A stretch of 62,184 nucleotides of DNA, the filler included. It is 7 parts of 7 records of this genome, joined end to end, with 100 filler letters (N's around TTAATTAATTAA, not from the genome) between each part and the next. Parts side by side here need not be neighbours in the genome. Positions count along the whole stretch, not along the records: positions 24,194 to 35,544 come from SRR31147125_58457; positions 35,645 to 42,978 come from SRR31147125_58460; positions 43,079 to 50,367 come from SRR31147125_58468; 4 more parts are not named here. One strand, 5' to 3'. The translations under genes were made by a program, and so were the position numbers. Under the pieces are notes generated by a model. It saw nothing but the letters and a program-made list of their open reading frames with translations, did no database searches and was not told where the DNA came from. This document shows positions 31,487-43,309 of the stretch, piece by piece (the first letter of the stretch is position 1; each line of letters opens with the position of its first letter).

Positions 31487-31984
31487 CATATCCGCTCAGC
31501 GGCTGATGGAGGTGTGACGCGGGATTCTTATAACAAACTGTTTTATGAAGGGACTCGAGATGAACGCCTTAAATAAAAACATTGAAAATTTATTGGAGAA
31601 CTCACGGCAACTCATTCAAACGGACAACCATCCCCAAACAAATATCAGCACCCGGTTTCCCTTCGATGAAAGAAGGCGATATTATCAAACCGGAGAGGAA
31701 AATCAAAAAAAGCACCGACCTCTGACGAAAAAAGAAGTATGAAGTAAAGCTGTTGAATCCACAAGCCCTTATTTAGTGTTCGTACGGCATGATCGCCGGT
31801 GTTATTCTCTATACCATAGTCAAGGCGGACCCGATCATGGAATCCGTAAAAACAAATAACTTTCAACTATTTACATTCGGTTTCATTTATTGAAAACCTG
31901 TTAAAAACCAGTCTAAGGCCCCTGACGGTATTGGAAACACAATTTAAAATACTCACATTTCATTGATACGGGAGAATATCATGA

Positions 31985-32494
31985 ATGAGAAAGGAAGTGA
32001 TGAAAAAAGTAAGTGGACGAGTGCAAAAAGCGAATTCATACCTGGACAAAGAGTACAATCTCGGTGGTCAGCTTGAATGGTACGATAAGAAAGCGGTATT
32101 CAACAAATCCTGGCATATGCGATTGGGGCTGATCATCATTGCATCCGGCGCGGCGACATCGGTTGTGCAGCTATGGTCCCCCACACCGGAAGGTGTTCAC
32201 TGGAGCGCATGGCTATCCGCGGTTCTTGGAGCGGTTGTGATTGTCGCCAAGGGCATAGACAGCCTTTGGAAATTTGATGAGAACTGGTCCACCTATCGTC
32301 AGGCGGCCGAAATGATAAAACGTGAAAGACGCCTTTATGTCAATTCGATCGGCCCCTACCGACCATGTCCGGATGAGGACGGCGCTTTTGAATTGTTGGC
32401 AAAAAGAATAGAGCAAATTATCGCAACCGAAGAAAATATTTTCTGGAAGGACAAATCGGTGGCAGGTGATAATTCACATAAAACCAACGATTAA
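31985..32494 (+). CDS. DUF4231 / SLATT-family two-TM protein
   Basis: QLEWYDKKA..NK, two hydrophobic helices, ENWSTYRQAAEMIKRERRLY...GPY, RIEQII..E. The start may be ATG 31981 with a homopolymer slip. Confidence 0.85.
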   Translation: MRKEVMKKVSGRVQKANSYLDKEYNLGGQLEWYDKKAVFNKSWHMRLGLIIIASGAATSVVQLWSPTPEGVHWSAWLSAVLGAVVIVAKGIDSLWKFDENWSTYRQAAEMIKRERRLYVNSIGPYRPCPDEDGAFELLAKRIEQIIATEENIFWKDKSVAGDNSHKTND

Positions 32495-32505
32495 GGAGAA
32501 ACGTC

Positions 32506-33915
32506 ATGTCATTGAAGCCACTTTGTTTCGTGGTCATGCCTTTTGGACAGAAGCCGGACCCCGGTGGGCGTTCCGACATCGATTTCGACAACATCTACGA
32601 CAACGCCATCAAGCCGGGCATAATGGATAGCGGCATGGAGCCAATCCGCGCCGATGCGGAACGGACCGGGGGCATCATTCACAAACCCATGTTCGAAAGG
32701 CTTTTGTTATGCGACTATGTCCTCGCGGATTTGACCGCCGCCAATCCGAATGTTTTTTACGAGCTGGGTGTTCGTCACACCGCCCGGCCGGCCACGACAC
32801 TGACCATTTTTGCGAAACAACAGATTATTCCCTTCGATGTGAACTTCCTGCGTTCGATGCCCTATGACATTGGTGAGGACAACGCCTTTGGCGACCAGGA
32901 AGCGCATGCACTTCGCGAGGCAGTTGCCTCGACGCTTAAGGCGCTTAAGCAAGCGTCTTCAAAAACGGCCGCCGTTGACAGCCCGCTATTCCAATTGGTC
33001 ACGGATTGGAAACCGGGAGACATCGCGCACATCAAGACCGACGTATTCAGGGACCAGGTTCGGCTCAACGAGGAATTGAAGCAACGTATGGCAGCCATCC
33101 GCGCGGAAGCGAATATTGTAGAAAAAAAGGCGGTGGCCATTAAGAACCTTCAGGATTTCAGCCGGGAATTTGAAGACCTCGATGTGTTGGATGCCGGGAC
33201 CATAATCGATCTGTTCCTCTCGTTCCGAGCATGTGAGGACTGGGAAGGCATGATATCGCTATACAACAGGATGCCGGAGCTGCTGAAACGGCTGATTCTT
33301 GTGCGGGAGCAGCTCGGCTTTGCTTACAACCGACGCGCCGGCAAAACGGAAAACCCCGCTGACCGGGCAGAGGCATTGAGGATTCTTGTAGATGTAGAGA
33401 AACAGCAGGGGCCGAGCTCGGAAACATGCGGGCTGATTGGCAGAATATACAAAGACAATTTTACGGAGGCGCTGTCAAAAAAAGAAAATGAATTTGTAGC
33501 GCGCGGTCACCTCAACAAAAGTATCGACGCCTATCTTCGCGGTTTCATGGCCGACATCAGGGATGCCTACCCTGGCATCAACGCGGTAACCTTGCTCGAT
33601 GTGCGGGGAGATGAAAAGTCGCTGAACCAAAAAGAAAGGCTATTGCCTGTCGTGAGGTTTGCCGTTGAAAGACGACTGGGCGATCAGCCGGATTACTGGG
33701 ATCATGCAACCATGCTCGAATTATCGGTGCTGGAAAACGACATCGATACGGCCGAGGCACACCTCGCCAATGCCCTGGGCAGCGTAAGAGAACCCTGGGA
33801 GCCTAAGACCACGGCCAACAACCTGCGCATGATCGAGAGGGCGCGAAAAGAACGCGGGACTGACACCTCATGGCTGCTTAAGGTTATCGAGGTACTTGAT
33901 GCGAAGCATGCATAG
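32506..33915 (+). CDS. DUF4071/TRAF-binding-domain protein: N-terminal nucleoside deoxyribosyltransferase/hydrolase-like domain plus TPR-like region
   Basis: CFVVMPFG, IRAD, ADLTAANPNVFYELGVRH, IPFDV. Helical C-terminus with EQLGFAYNRR, ETCGLIGRIYKD, YPGINAVTL, DYWDHATMLEL, WEPKTTANNL. AAGGAG RBS. Confidence 0.85.
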   Translation: MSLKPLCFVVMPFGQKPDPGGRSDIDFDNIYDNAIKPGIMDSGMEPIRADAERTGGIIHKPMFERLLLCDYVLADLTAANPNVFYELGVRHTARPATTLTIFAKQQIIPFDVNFLRSMPYDIGEDNAFGDQEAHALREAVASTLKALKQASSKTAAVDSPLFQLVTDWKPGDIAHIKTDVFRDQVRLNEELKQRMAAIRAEANIVEKKAVAIKNLQDFSREFEDLDVLDAGTIIDLFLSFRACEDWEGMISLYNRMPELLKRLILVREQLGFAYNRRAGKTENPADRAEALRILVDVEKQQGPSSETCGLIGRIYKDNFTEALSKKENEFVARGHLNKSIDAYLRGFMADIRDAYPGINAVTLLDVRGDEKSLNQKERLLPVVRFAVERRLGDQPDYWDHATMLELSVLENDIDTAEAHLANALGSVREPWEPKTTANNLRMIERARKERGTDTSWLLKVIEVLDAKHA

Positions 33916-34195
33916 GGCGACAACCAGTACTAATTATCAGGAAATGATGACCGTTCGCCTTCCTGTTGAAACCTCATTAGGATTATTGCGAAAGGAAGTG
34001 TTTACCGCTGCGCATCCTTCTTAAAAGTCCATAGGATCAATCATTATCGATACACGCTCATGAAACCACCCAAAAGAAGGACTATTCTGAAATTGCCAAT
34101 AACCAGCCTCCCGAGAGCTGCTTACGACTCTTTGGAGGAGCAGCATAACTGCCAATCATTTTTTCTATACTTACACCACATAAAGGAGGCCTATC

Positions 34196-34537
34196 ATGGC
34201 TTGGAAGTGGTATGAAATCAAGGGCTACAAAGCATCGGTCGGTGGTAGTGGAACTTATTATGGTGGAGTACAGCTTTTTGGAAAAAGTTTTTACGCGCTA
34301 TTAACATTTCATAAGGACGGGGCGTTGCCCAATGCGTCCGCACCTACAAGATTTGGACAAAGGTTCTATGGCCACATGGATTTTCAGCAGATAAATACTG
34401 TTGTGGATCTATTGCGCAATGAAGGGCCGTTAAAATTTGGCTGGTTAGATGCAAATCCGAATCTGTTTCACCTGATGACAGGAACAGAGCCCGTCGGTGA
34501 AGGAGATGGCGTGCTTTCTGAGGATGCACCGGCATAA
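34196..34537 (+). CDS. Small hypothetical protein
   Basis: Strong AAGGAGG RBS; 113-aa ORF with VVDLLRNE.P and TG.EPVGEG motifs. Confidence 0.75.
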   Translation: MAWKWYEIKGYKASVGGSGTYYGGVQLFGKSFYALLTFHKDGALPNASAPTRFGQRFYGHMDFQQINTVVDLLRNEGPLKFGWLDANPNLFHLMTGTEPVGEGDGVLSEDAPA

Positions 34538-34565
34538 TGGATACAAAATTTCATGAGTCTCACGG

Positions 34566-35060
34566 ATCGGCCAACCCAAAATAGAACAGTTACTGGGCGT
34601 CGAGAGAGAAGAGCCTCTTGCCATTACTACTTCGATACGCGGAGCAGGTGGATACGGGAAAACCACACTGGCCATGGCATTATTCCACGATGAACGCGTG
34701 CAAGACGCGTATGATGGCGGTAATCCATGGGTCACTTTGGAAGAAGAACCCGGCAACATAACAGAAAAAATAAAAACCTTATTGAAATCTTAAGCGGTAA
34801 ACGTCCGGGGTTTACCGATGAAAGTTCGGCGGCTACTCATTTATCGGAATTACTTGCTGACGGCGACATACTGATAGGTATTGATGATGTATGTAATAAA
34901 GAGGTTGTGCAGCCCCTATTACCAAGACACCTTGCGAATGCATGCAATCTCGAAAATTACGGAGAGATGATGAGTGAACAGGATATAAACACTGTACGAG
35001 TTTTTATTTCGCATAAATTAGAAAACCGAAAAATAGTCGATTTGTTAATTAACCGGACAG
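34566..35060 (+). pseudogene. NB-ARC (STAND NTPase) fragment followed by a TIR-like N-terminal fragment
   Basis: AITTSIRGAGGYGKTTLAMALFHDERVQDAY..WVTL (Walker A 34641-34667), frameshift ~34770, LSELLADGDILIGIDDVCN (Walker B 34868-34891), then VRVFISHKLENRK. Confidence 0.7.
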
Positions 35061-35103
35061 TCGCATTTGCTGAAATGAAACCACCCAAAAAAGGGGTAAG
35101 GCT

Positions 35104-35544
35104 ATGATCAAAGAAACACAAGTCCCGGAGGAAGTGTCCAAACACCCCGCATGGCACCGCTTGGAAAGACAGCGCGGATGGTATTCCGAAGCGAGTGCCA
35201 AGAACAAGAAATATTACCATCTGATAAAGCTGTGCCAGATTATCACGGCAGGTCTTATCCCTGTAATCACCCTGATTGATTTTTCGATCACGAAATATAT
35301 CGTGGCTTTGTTTGGTGCTGTCATCGCGGCGTTGGAGGGCGTTCAGCATCTGTATCAGTTTCACGCCCTCTGGTTTGAGTACAGATCGACCAGCGAGCAA
35401 TTGAAACATGAGAAGTATCTGTTCCTCGCCATGAGTGGGCCATACCGGGGCCTGGATCGGAAAGAGGCGCTGCTTCTCCTTTCGGAGCGTATCGAGGAAC
35501 ATATTTCCAAAGAACATGCGAAATGGATCGATATGTCCAAAAAA
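35104..35544 (+). CDS. DUF4231 / SLATT-family two-TM protein, 3'-truncated by contig edge
   Basis: RLERQRGWYSEASAKNKKYY, two TM segments, WFEYRSTSEQLKHEKYLF..GPY, ERIEEHISKEH..W. Confidence 0.9.
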
Positions 35545-35644
35545 NNNNNNNNNNNNNNNNNNNNNNNNNNNNNNNNNNNNNNNNNNNNTTAATTAATTAA
35601 NNNNNNNNNNNNNNNNNNNNNNNNNNNNNNNNNNNNNNNNNNNN
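35545..35644. other. Contig-joining spacer
   Basis: N block with TTAATTAATTAA. Confidence 0.98.
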
Positions 35645-37705
35645 GCCCGAACCGTGGGGGATGTGCTGGGTAAATTTCATCCCCATGGCGATACTGCCTG
35701 CTACGAAGCCATGGTGCTTTTGGCCCAACCCTTTTCCTGTCGATATCCTCTGCTGGACGGTCAAGGAAACTGGGGGGCGCCGGACGATCCCAAATCCTTT
35801 GCCGCCATGCGGTATACGGAATCCCGACTCTCCAAGTACGCCGAGGTGCTGCTTTCAGAGCTCAATCTGGGGGCAACGGAGTGGATTCCCAATTTCGACG
35901 GAACCTTGAAAGAACCAACCCTGCTTCCGGCACGGCTGCCGAATCTTCTCCTTAACGGCACCACCGGTATTGCCGTGGGTATGGCAACGGATATTCCGCC
36001 CCACAACCTCACCGAAGTGGGCAATGCCTGCATTCATCTATTGAGTCATCCAAACGCCGATCTCAATGACCTGATGAAATTCATCAAAGGTCCGGATTTT
36101 CCCACGGAAGCGGAAATCATCACACCGGAAGCCGAAATAAAAAGCATGTACACCACCGGTCACGGCCGGATTAAAATGCGGGCCAAGTATCAGGTGGAGA
36201 ATCATGAGATTGTCTTGACGGCCCTCCCCCATCATGCCTCGGGAGAAAAAATAATCGAGCAGATCGCCGCCCAGATGGAGGCCAAACGCCTACCCATGGT
36301 GGTGGATATCCGGGATGAATCAGACCATGAAGATCCGACCCGTCTGGTCATTGTCCCCAGATCTTCCCGGGTGGACATAACGGCTTTGATGGATCACCTT
36401 TTTGCCACCACCGATCTTGAAAAATCCTACCGGGTCAACATGAATATGATCGGCCTTTCCGGTAAACCAGAGGTGAAAAACCTTCACACGATTCTCACCG
36501 AATGGCTGGCGTTTCGAAAAGAGACCGTCATCAAACGGCTGGAGCATCGTCTCAATCAAGTTCTGGATCGACTTCATATCCTCGAAGGGCTGCTCGTGGC
36601 ATTTCTCAATATCGATGAAGTGATCGAGATCATCCGAAATTATGATGAGCCGAAAGCAGAGCTTATCCGCCGATTCAACCTCAGTGAGAGACAAGCGGAG
36701 GCTATACTCGAGATCAAGTTGCGTCAGTTGGCCAAGCTGGAAGAGATCAAGATCACCGGGGAGCGGGACGAGCTTGAAAAAGAGCGTCGGACACTGGAGA
36801 AAACATTGGGATCCGACACCCTGCTCAAGAATCTGATTAAAAAGGAAATCAAGCAGGATATCAAAACCCACGGGGATGACAGACGCTCTCGGATTCGGGA
36901 GAGGAAGGAAGCAGAAGCCTTCTCTGAGGAAGATGTCATTCTGGTGGAGCCCCTCACCGTCATTCTCTCTAAAAACGGATGGATTCGATCGGCCAAAGGG
37001 CACGATTTTGAACCGGAAAAACTGAAATTCAAATCCGGTGACGGTTACTTTTCCCACGGAAGAACCTTGAGTAATAAACAGACCGCCTTTTTAGACTCCG
37101 GCGGACGAAGTTACTCTCTGCCGTCCCACTCATTTCCGTCGGCACGCAGCATGGGAGAACCTCTGACCGGCCGCCTTGTTCTCAAACCGGAGGCTGTCAT
37201 TTCATATATGGTCAACGGAGATGACGACACCCTGATTTTTCTTTATTCCGACATCGGTTTTGGATTTGTGACGGCTCTCTCCAATCTTTTCTCCAAAAGC
37301 AAAAATGGAAAAGCGATGATCACATTGAATGGTCTGGCCGAGCTTATGCCGCCGGAATATATATATGCGCCGAAATCGGATCTCATTGCAGCGATCACCA
37401 CAGCTGGTCGCCTGCTTATATTCCCTGTCAATGAAATGCCCATGCTGGATAAAGGAAAAGGGAACAAAATCATCGGGATCCCAAGAGATCAGCTTGAAAT
37501 TGCCGGTGCCGAGCGCGTCAAATTTCTGAAAATTTTCGCTAATGACGATACGTTGATTATCCACTCCGGTAAACGGATCCTGAAATTGAAACCGGCCAAT
37601 CAGGAAAACTATCGAGGAAAGCGGGGCCAACGGGGCAAGAAGCTCCCCAGGGGCTATCAGAATGTTCAAGCAATTGAAATTGACCGGAAAAATAACGAGA
37701 TTTGA
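35645..37705 (+). CDS. parC: DNA topoisomerase IV subunit A, 5'-truncated
   Basis: [72 protein letters not shown]; no GyrA box seen. Confidence 0.92.
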   Translation, partial: ARTVGDVLGKFHPHGDTACYEAMVLLAQPFSCRYPLLDGQGNWGAPDDPKSFAAMRYTESRLSKYAEVLLSELNLGATEWIPNFDGTLKEPTLLPARLPNLLLNGTTGIAVGMATDIPPHNLTEVGNACIHLLSHPNADLNDLMKFIKGPDFPTEAEIITPEAEIKSMYTTGHGRIKMRAKYQVENHEIVLTALPHHASGEKIIEQIAAQMEAKRLPMVVDIRDESDHEDPTRLVIVPRSSRVDITALMDHLFATTDLEKSYRVNMNMIGLSGKPEVKNLHTILTEWLAFRKETVIKRLEHRLNQVLDRLHILEGLLVAFLNIDEVIEIIRNYDEPKAELIRRFNLSERQAEAILEIKLRQLAKLEEIKITGERDELEKERRTLEKTLGSDTLLKNLIKKEIKQDIKTHGDDRRSRIRERKEAEAFSEEDVILVEPLTVILSKNGWIRSAKGHDFEPEKLKFKSGDGYFSHGRTLSNKQTAFLDSGGRSYSLPSHSFPSARSMGEPLTGRLVLKPEAVISYMVNGDDDTLIFLYSDIGFGFVTALSNLFSKSKNGKAMITLNGLAELMPPEYIYAPKSDLIAAITTAGRLLIFPVNEMPMLDKGKGNKIIGIPRDQLEIAGAERVKFLKIFANDDTLIIHSGKRILKLKPANQENYRGKRGQRGKKLPRGYQNVQAIEIDRKNNEI

Positions 37706-37786
37706 CACTTACCCCCCGCCGCCTTTTTCTTGACGACGGTCACGTAAGAGGGGCAATCGATTTTAAAAAAGAATAATTTAGATCGC

Positions 37787-39197
37787 ATGCCGAAAAAAAT
37801 AAACATCTTTTTTTCCATAAATTCTTTCTTTTATTGATTGTCCTCTCTTTTATTGCGATTTTGCTCGCTATCGTCATCTCCATCGAAAAAAAAAACGGAT
37901 TGTCCCTCCTCCGGAAGACGGTCTTTCCCGGATTTTCAAAAAAGGGAAAATCCGAATGATCACCGAGAACAAAGCCAACTGTTACTATGTATACCGTGGC
38001 CGACACATGGGATTCGAGTATGATCTGGCCAAGGAATTTGCCGCATTTCTCCAAGTGGAGCTGGAAGTCCATACGCCGGGATGGAAGGACATGTTTGCCT
38101 GGCTTGAGATGGATTACGGTGATTTTATCGCGGCGGGAATCACCATCACCAAGGCAAGACAGAAGCATATGCTTTTTTGTCAACCCTACCTGGAAGTACA
38201 GCAAAGATTCATTCATCATAAAAATAAGCATCCTTTGGAGAGCATTGCCAAACTGCCGGCGAGAACCATCCATATTCCCGCTGAAACGTCATATTACGAA
38301 CGCCTTCTTGAGATCAGAAGCAGCGGCATCGATGTGGATATGGTCGTTCATGACGATGTCAACTCCGAGGAGCTGTTGAAAATGCTTTCCGATAAAGAGA
38401 TCAGTTATACCATCGTCGACTCCCATGTGGCCATGTTGAACCGACGGTACTATCCCGATATCCGAATCGGGATTCCCATCAATGGAATAGAGCATCTCTC
38501 ATGGGCGGTAAGGCCGTCCGATGTTCGTCTTTCAGACAAGATGGTGATCTTTTTCGATATCATCAAAAGCAACGGCATCTTCGATCGCATTTACGACAAG
38601 TACTTTGGAAACGTTGAAGAATTCGACTATTTCGATATCTATAAATTCCATGAGCGTATCAAAACAAGGCTGCCTCGATATAAAAAGACCATTCAACGGG
38701 AATGCAAAAGATTCGGCTTTGACTGGCGAATGATCGCCGCCATGGTCTATCAAGAGTCTCATTTTGATCCGACGGCCCGCAGCAAAACCGGCGTCAGGGG
38801 ATTGATGCAGGTGACTGAAGAAACCGCTGAGGATATGGGAATTACCAATCGAAGAGATCCCTTTCAGAGTCTGAAAGCCGGAATTGGATATCTGAAACTC
38901 CTTTACGACAAGTTTAACGACATCAATGATTCTTTGGATAGAATTAAATTTGCCATGGCCAGTTACAACATCGGATACGGGCATGTACTGGATGCCAGGC
39001 GTCTGGCCAGATGGCGGAAAATGCCGGATAATAAATGGCGTTCCATCAAACAAACGTTGCCGCTTCTTGCAAAAAAGAAGTTTTATAAACAAGTTCGATA
39101 CGGCTATGCCAGGGGTGGAGAGCCGGTAAAATATATTGAGCGCATTTTCATGTACTATGATATATTGAAACAAAAAGCCCATGAAGCTGGGGGGTGA
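37787..39197 (+). CDS. mltF: Membrane-bound lytic murein transglycosylase F (5' region frameshifted)
   Basis: GFEYDLAKEFA SBP-like domain plus SLT motifs YQESHFDP..RS.TGVRGLMQ, ASYNIGYGH, YGYARG.EPV.Y. Continuous ORF from 37956. Confidence 0.87.
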
Positions 39198-39234
39198 ATG
39201 CCTCAAAACGATACTTCAACCGCTTTTTCTCCAT

Positions 39235-39318
39235 GCCGAAATTGTCACCGACGGATCCGTCGGCCCGGCCAAATCCCTTTCCGATCCCGACTTTACGATT
39301 CCTGAATCACTGGGTACC
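39235..39318 (+). pseudogene. Relic of a TpsA/filamentous-haemagglutinin N-terminus
   Basis: AEIVTDGSVGPAKSLSDPDFTIPESLGT aligns with ADIVTDGTVGPAKALTGPDFTIPQNLGT at 41449-41532. Confidence 0.7.
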
Positions 39319-39525
39319 ATAACCGCAGTGTCATTCAGGCGGCTGCCGAGAACGACACCCTTTCCCCAACCCCCTTGACCGAAAAACGCCTTCAACAATG
39401 GCTTGATATGAAGAAATAAAAACAATCATTTGACACACAAATATAGAATATATTACCAATAGATATTTCAAGCATTTGTTCGTTTTCTCACCCAACATCT
39501 CAATCCATCGACGAGGATTTCGCTT

Positions 39526-41254
39526 ATGAACAATCATCGGTTTATGGTGTTTTTGTTGCTTCTGTCGGCATTTGCTTTTTTCGACTTCGCCATGCCATCC
39601 GCCCATTCCCAACCGATTCCCCCGAAAACTATACGCCTCCGGCTCAGCCGCCACTTCCCATTCCCGACTACCTTCCCGAGCATCCTGAAAAACACTTCAC
39701 CTTACCGCCCATACAAAAGCCGCGTTCCCCCTCTACGGAGCCCACGCAAACTTTTTTATTGAGAGACATCGCCTTGGAAGGCAATACCGTCTTTTCCCAC
39801 GAGGTTTTAAAAGGCGTCGTCAAAGCGTTCTTTCAAACCCGTGTCACTCTGGCGGATCTTGAAGAGATCCGCTACAGACTCACCCGGTTCTACGTGGATA
39901 AGGGGTATGTCAACTCCGGTGCCCTGATCAAACCCAAACAGAGAGTGACAAACGGAGTGGTCGCCTATCTCATTGTGGAAGGGATCCTGAACCAAATTCA
40001 TGTCACTGGTAACGGCAACCTTCGGCCCGGTTACATTAAAAAACGAATCCGGCCCGATCCCCAATCTCCCTTCAACACCTCCGAGCTTCAACACCGCTTT
40101 CAACTCATGCTGCAAAATCCCCTGATCCACCGGATGGACGGCCGGATTCTTCCGGGCGAGAAACCGGGGAGGCGATTCTCGAGCTGGATGTCATTCGGGA
40201 TACACCCTATGATGTGCGCTTCACGGCGGACAACCATTCGTCTCCCAATCTCGGTGCCGAGGGCATCTCCATGGACGTCACATTACGGAACATCACCGGA
40301 TTCGGAGATACCCTGTTTCTCGACACAGGATTGACGGAAGGCATCGAAAAGCTGGAGATCGGCTTCTCCGTCCCCCTGAATGCAACCGACACCTTGCTGA
40401 GCGTCAATTACAGCATCAGCGACAGTGATCTCATCGCCGAACCCTTCAAGGATTTAAATTTCAAAAGCATCATTGAAAGTGTGGAGCTCACCCTGATGCA
40501 CCCGTTCCATCGCTCATTGAATCGCACGTTTTCCATGGGGTGTTCATTGGAGAAGAAAAAGAGCCGCACGGAATTCATCGCTCTGGAAGAAGGGGACGAA
40601 GAAGATGCGGACGGCGGCATCTTCCGGAGCACAGCCCTTCGGATGATTCAATCCTATCAGGAGCGAACATCCGATCAGGTGTTTGCCCTGCGCTCCACCT
40701 TCAATATCGGTGTGAATCTTCTCGATCCCACGATCCATCCGGGCACCACCCCCGACGGCAAGTTTTTCTTCTGGCTGGGTCAGTTTCAATACGGGAAACG
40801 CCTTGGAAAAAAGGCCGGTCAACTCATATTGACCGGCGACGTTCAGCTCTCCAATGACCGACTCCCATCCATGGAAAAATTCTCCGTCGGCGGTGCGAAC
40901 AGCGTCCGAGGGTACCGGGAAAACGAACATATCGGAGACAACGGTCATCGCCTCTCCCTGGAGTGGCGATGGCCGATTTGGAACAAAGGAAATATCGGAC
41001 AACCCACACCATGGGAACTTCAACTGGTTCCTTTTGTAGATTACGGCACGGCATGGGACCGGCATCATGATGCCAGGACAAAAAATGCCAAGGACAACAC
41101 CCTGCTCTCCACCGGTCTGGGGCTGGTCTGGACAAGCCCATGGGTCGATGCCGCCCTCTATTACGGATATGCCATCGAGGACGCCGACGATGAAGCGGAT
41201 TACGATCTTCAGGATGACGGCATCCATTTCAAAGTCAGCTGTAAATTGCCGTGA
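39526..41254 (+). CDS. ShlB/FhaC/HecB-family two-partner secretion transporter (TpsB), split by frameshifts
   Basis: Signal peptide; POTRA (LEGNTVF, LTRFYVDKGYVNSGA, IVEG); barrel motifs VGGANSVRGYREN, FVDYG.AW, LQDDGIHF across ORFs 39526, 39759 and 40214. Confidence 0.87.
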
Positions 41255-41325
41255 TGGACGGCCCCGCCGGAGCCGGATGGAGATGAGAGCTCCGGATATG
41301 TGAAACCACCCATTCAAATAAGGAT

Positions 41326-42978
41326 GTGATCGAGATGAACCCTATCAATTTTTTCATTGTCGACCCTCTTTCTTACCTATTTCGTTCGACAGTTTCCATG
41401 GTCGTGTTTCTCTTCCTGTTTCTCCATACCCTCCCCTCACCCGGATACGCGGACATTGTCACCGACGGCACGGTGGGCCCTGCCAAAGCCCTAACCGGTC
41501 CGGATTTTACCATACCGCAAAATCTGGGCACTTTGTCCGGTCAAAACCTCTACCACAGCTTCCAGACCTTCGGCATCTCCCAAAATCAAAGCGCCACCTT
41601 TACCGGATCCGACGCCATCTCCAACGTGATCTCCAGGGTGACTGGCGATGAGGCTTCCGTTATCGACGGCCTTCTGCGTTCCGAAGTGGGACAGGCCGAT
41701 TTTTTCTTCATCAATCCCAACGGCGTTCTGTTCGGTCCACATGCGGAAATAAATGTACCAGCCGCCTTTCACGTCAGTACCGCAAATGAGCTGACTTTTG
41801 ATGACGGCACAAGGTTCAGTGCCGTATCCCCGGAGAGAAGCACTCTCACCCAGGCCGCGCCTGAGGCCTTCGGATTCCTTGGACCCCAAGCGGCAACCAT
41901 CGAGGTCAACGGCAGTGTGCTGGAGTTTGCACCGGAGAGCCGCGTGACTTTCAGCAGTGGGGATATTACCATCCAGGGCGCTCAGCCAAACAGCAACGAC
42001 GTAGAGGGAAATCCCACAGATAGCCCCTTAAGCGGGAATCGGGCTTCCATGACGTGTGAGCAGGGAGAGATTCAACTGACGGCAATGGGAGAAACCAGTG
42101 CTACGCTCTCCCTTGACGGAGCAACATCCGCTGATGCTGCTGGAAGCCTGCTGCTCAATGCCGCAGATGTAACCGTCAACGGTAACGGCGGCGGCAGGAT
42201 CTCCATTCAGGCGGGAAATGCACGCATCAGCGGAAACAGTGTCGTTGCATCGGATAACACTGGAGATATCGATGCCAAAGAGGATCGCGGTGTCCACATA
42301 CAAACCAACGGAACATTTGAAATCATGGAGGGCAGCCGAATCCAGAGCAATGTATCTGGCGGCGGCGACTCAGGAACAATAACCATCGATGCCCAAAATA
42401 TGCTGATTAAGCAACAGGACAACGAAGCGCTCACCGGCGTGTTCATGGAAGTGGAGCCGGAAGCCACGGGAAACGGAACCGCCATGAACGTCACCGTGAA
42501 AGAGCAACTCACCATACAGGGAGCGGCCAGCCTTCCCAATACCACATATGGGTACGGCAATGCGTCATCGGTCAATGTCAAGGCCGGTGATCTGGTTTTG
42601 GACGGTGAAGGGAGATCCGTGGCGTATAAGAACAGTGAGAGCTGGATTGCCGGTATTTCAAGTCAAGCTGCTGAAGGATCTCATGGAGATACCGGCACGG
42701 TGTCGGTATCAGTTGACAATCTTCTTACCATGCAAGGCGGATGTGGAATAAACAGCTCTACTTCCGGGTCAGGAAACGCCGAAAATGTCATCGTGGAAGC
42801 GAAACAGATCAATGTTGACGGATTAGATTCAAATGGAAATTTTACTGGAATTGCCAGCGGAACAGCCTCAGAAGGTGATGCCGGAATTATTACTATCTCC
42901 GCTGATCATATCAACATTGATGGAAAGGGATACCACGCTGGAATTTTAACTAATGCAAATCCCGACTCAGAAGGTAAT
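41326..42978 (+). CDS. Filamentous haemagglutinin-family exoprotein (TpsA), 3'-truncated
   Basis: Signal peptide, NLYHSFQTF, NVISRVTG...IDG, FFINPNGVLFGP (NPNG secretion motif), beta-helix-type repeats. Confidence 0.92.
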
Positions 42979-43078
42979 NNNNNNNNNNNNNNNNNNNNNN
43001 NNNNNNNNNNNNNNNNNNNNNNTTAATTAATTAANNNNNNNNNNNNNNNNNNNNNNNNNNNNNNNNNNNNNNNNNNNN
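42979..43078. other. Contig-joining spacer
   Basis: N block with TTAATTAATTAA. Confidence 0.98.
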
Positions 43079-43309
43079 AAAATCCTCAAAAGGTCCGGAT
43101 CAATTGCTATTTTTATTCTTTTCATATATCTTCGTATGATGGCCGTTTAGTATAAGAATACGCATGCTGATTTAATTAAAGTTCCTGAATGTCTGGATTC
43201 GTCGATTATTCCAAATCTTTAGCTTATAGAATTCAGATTATAAGGACAATACAGGCAACCACATTAAAATATGGGATTCAATCCAGGGATCATATCCCTT
43301 ATTATAAAA

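Noticed and set aside
31545-31866. Short ORFs between DUF6765 and SLATT
   Set aside because: No motif or convincing coding signal.
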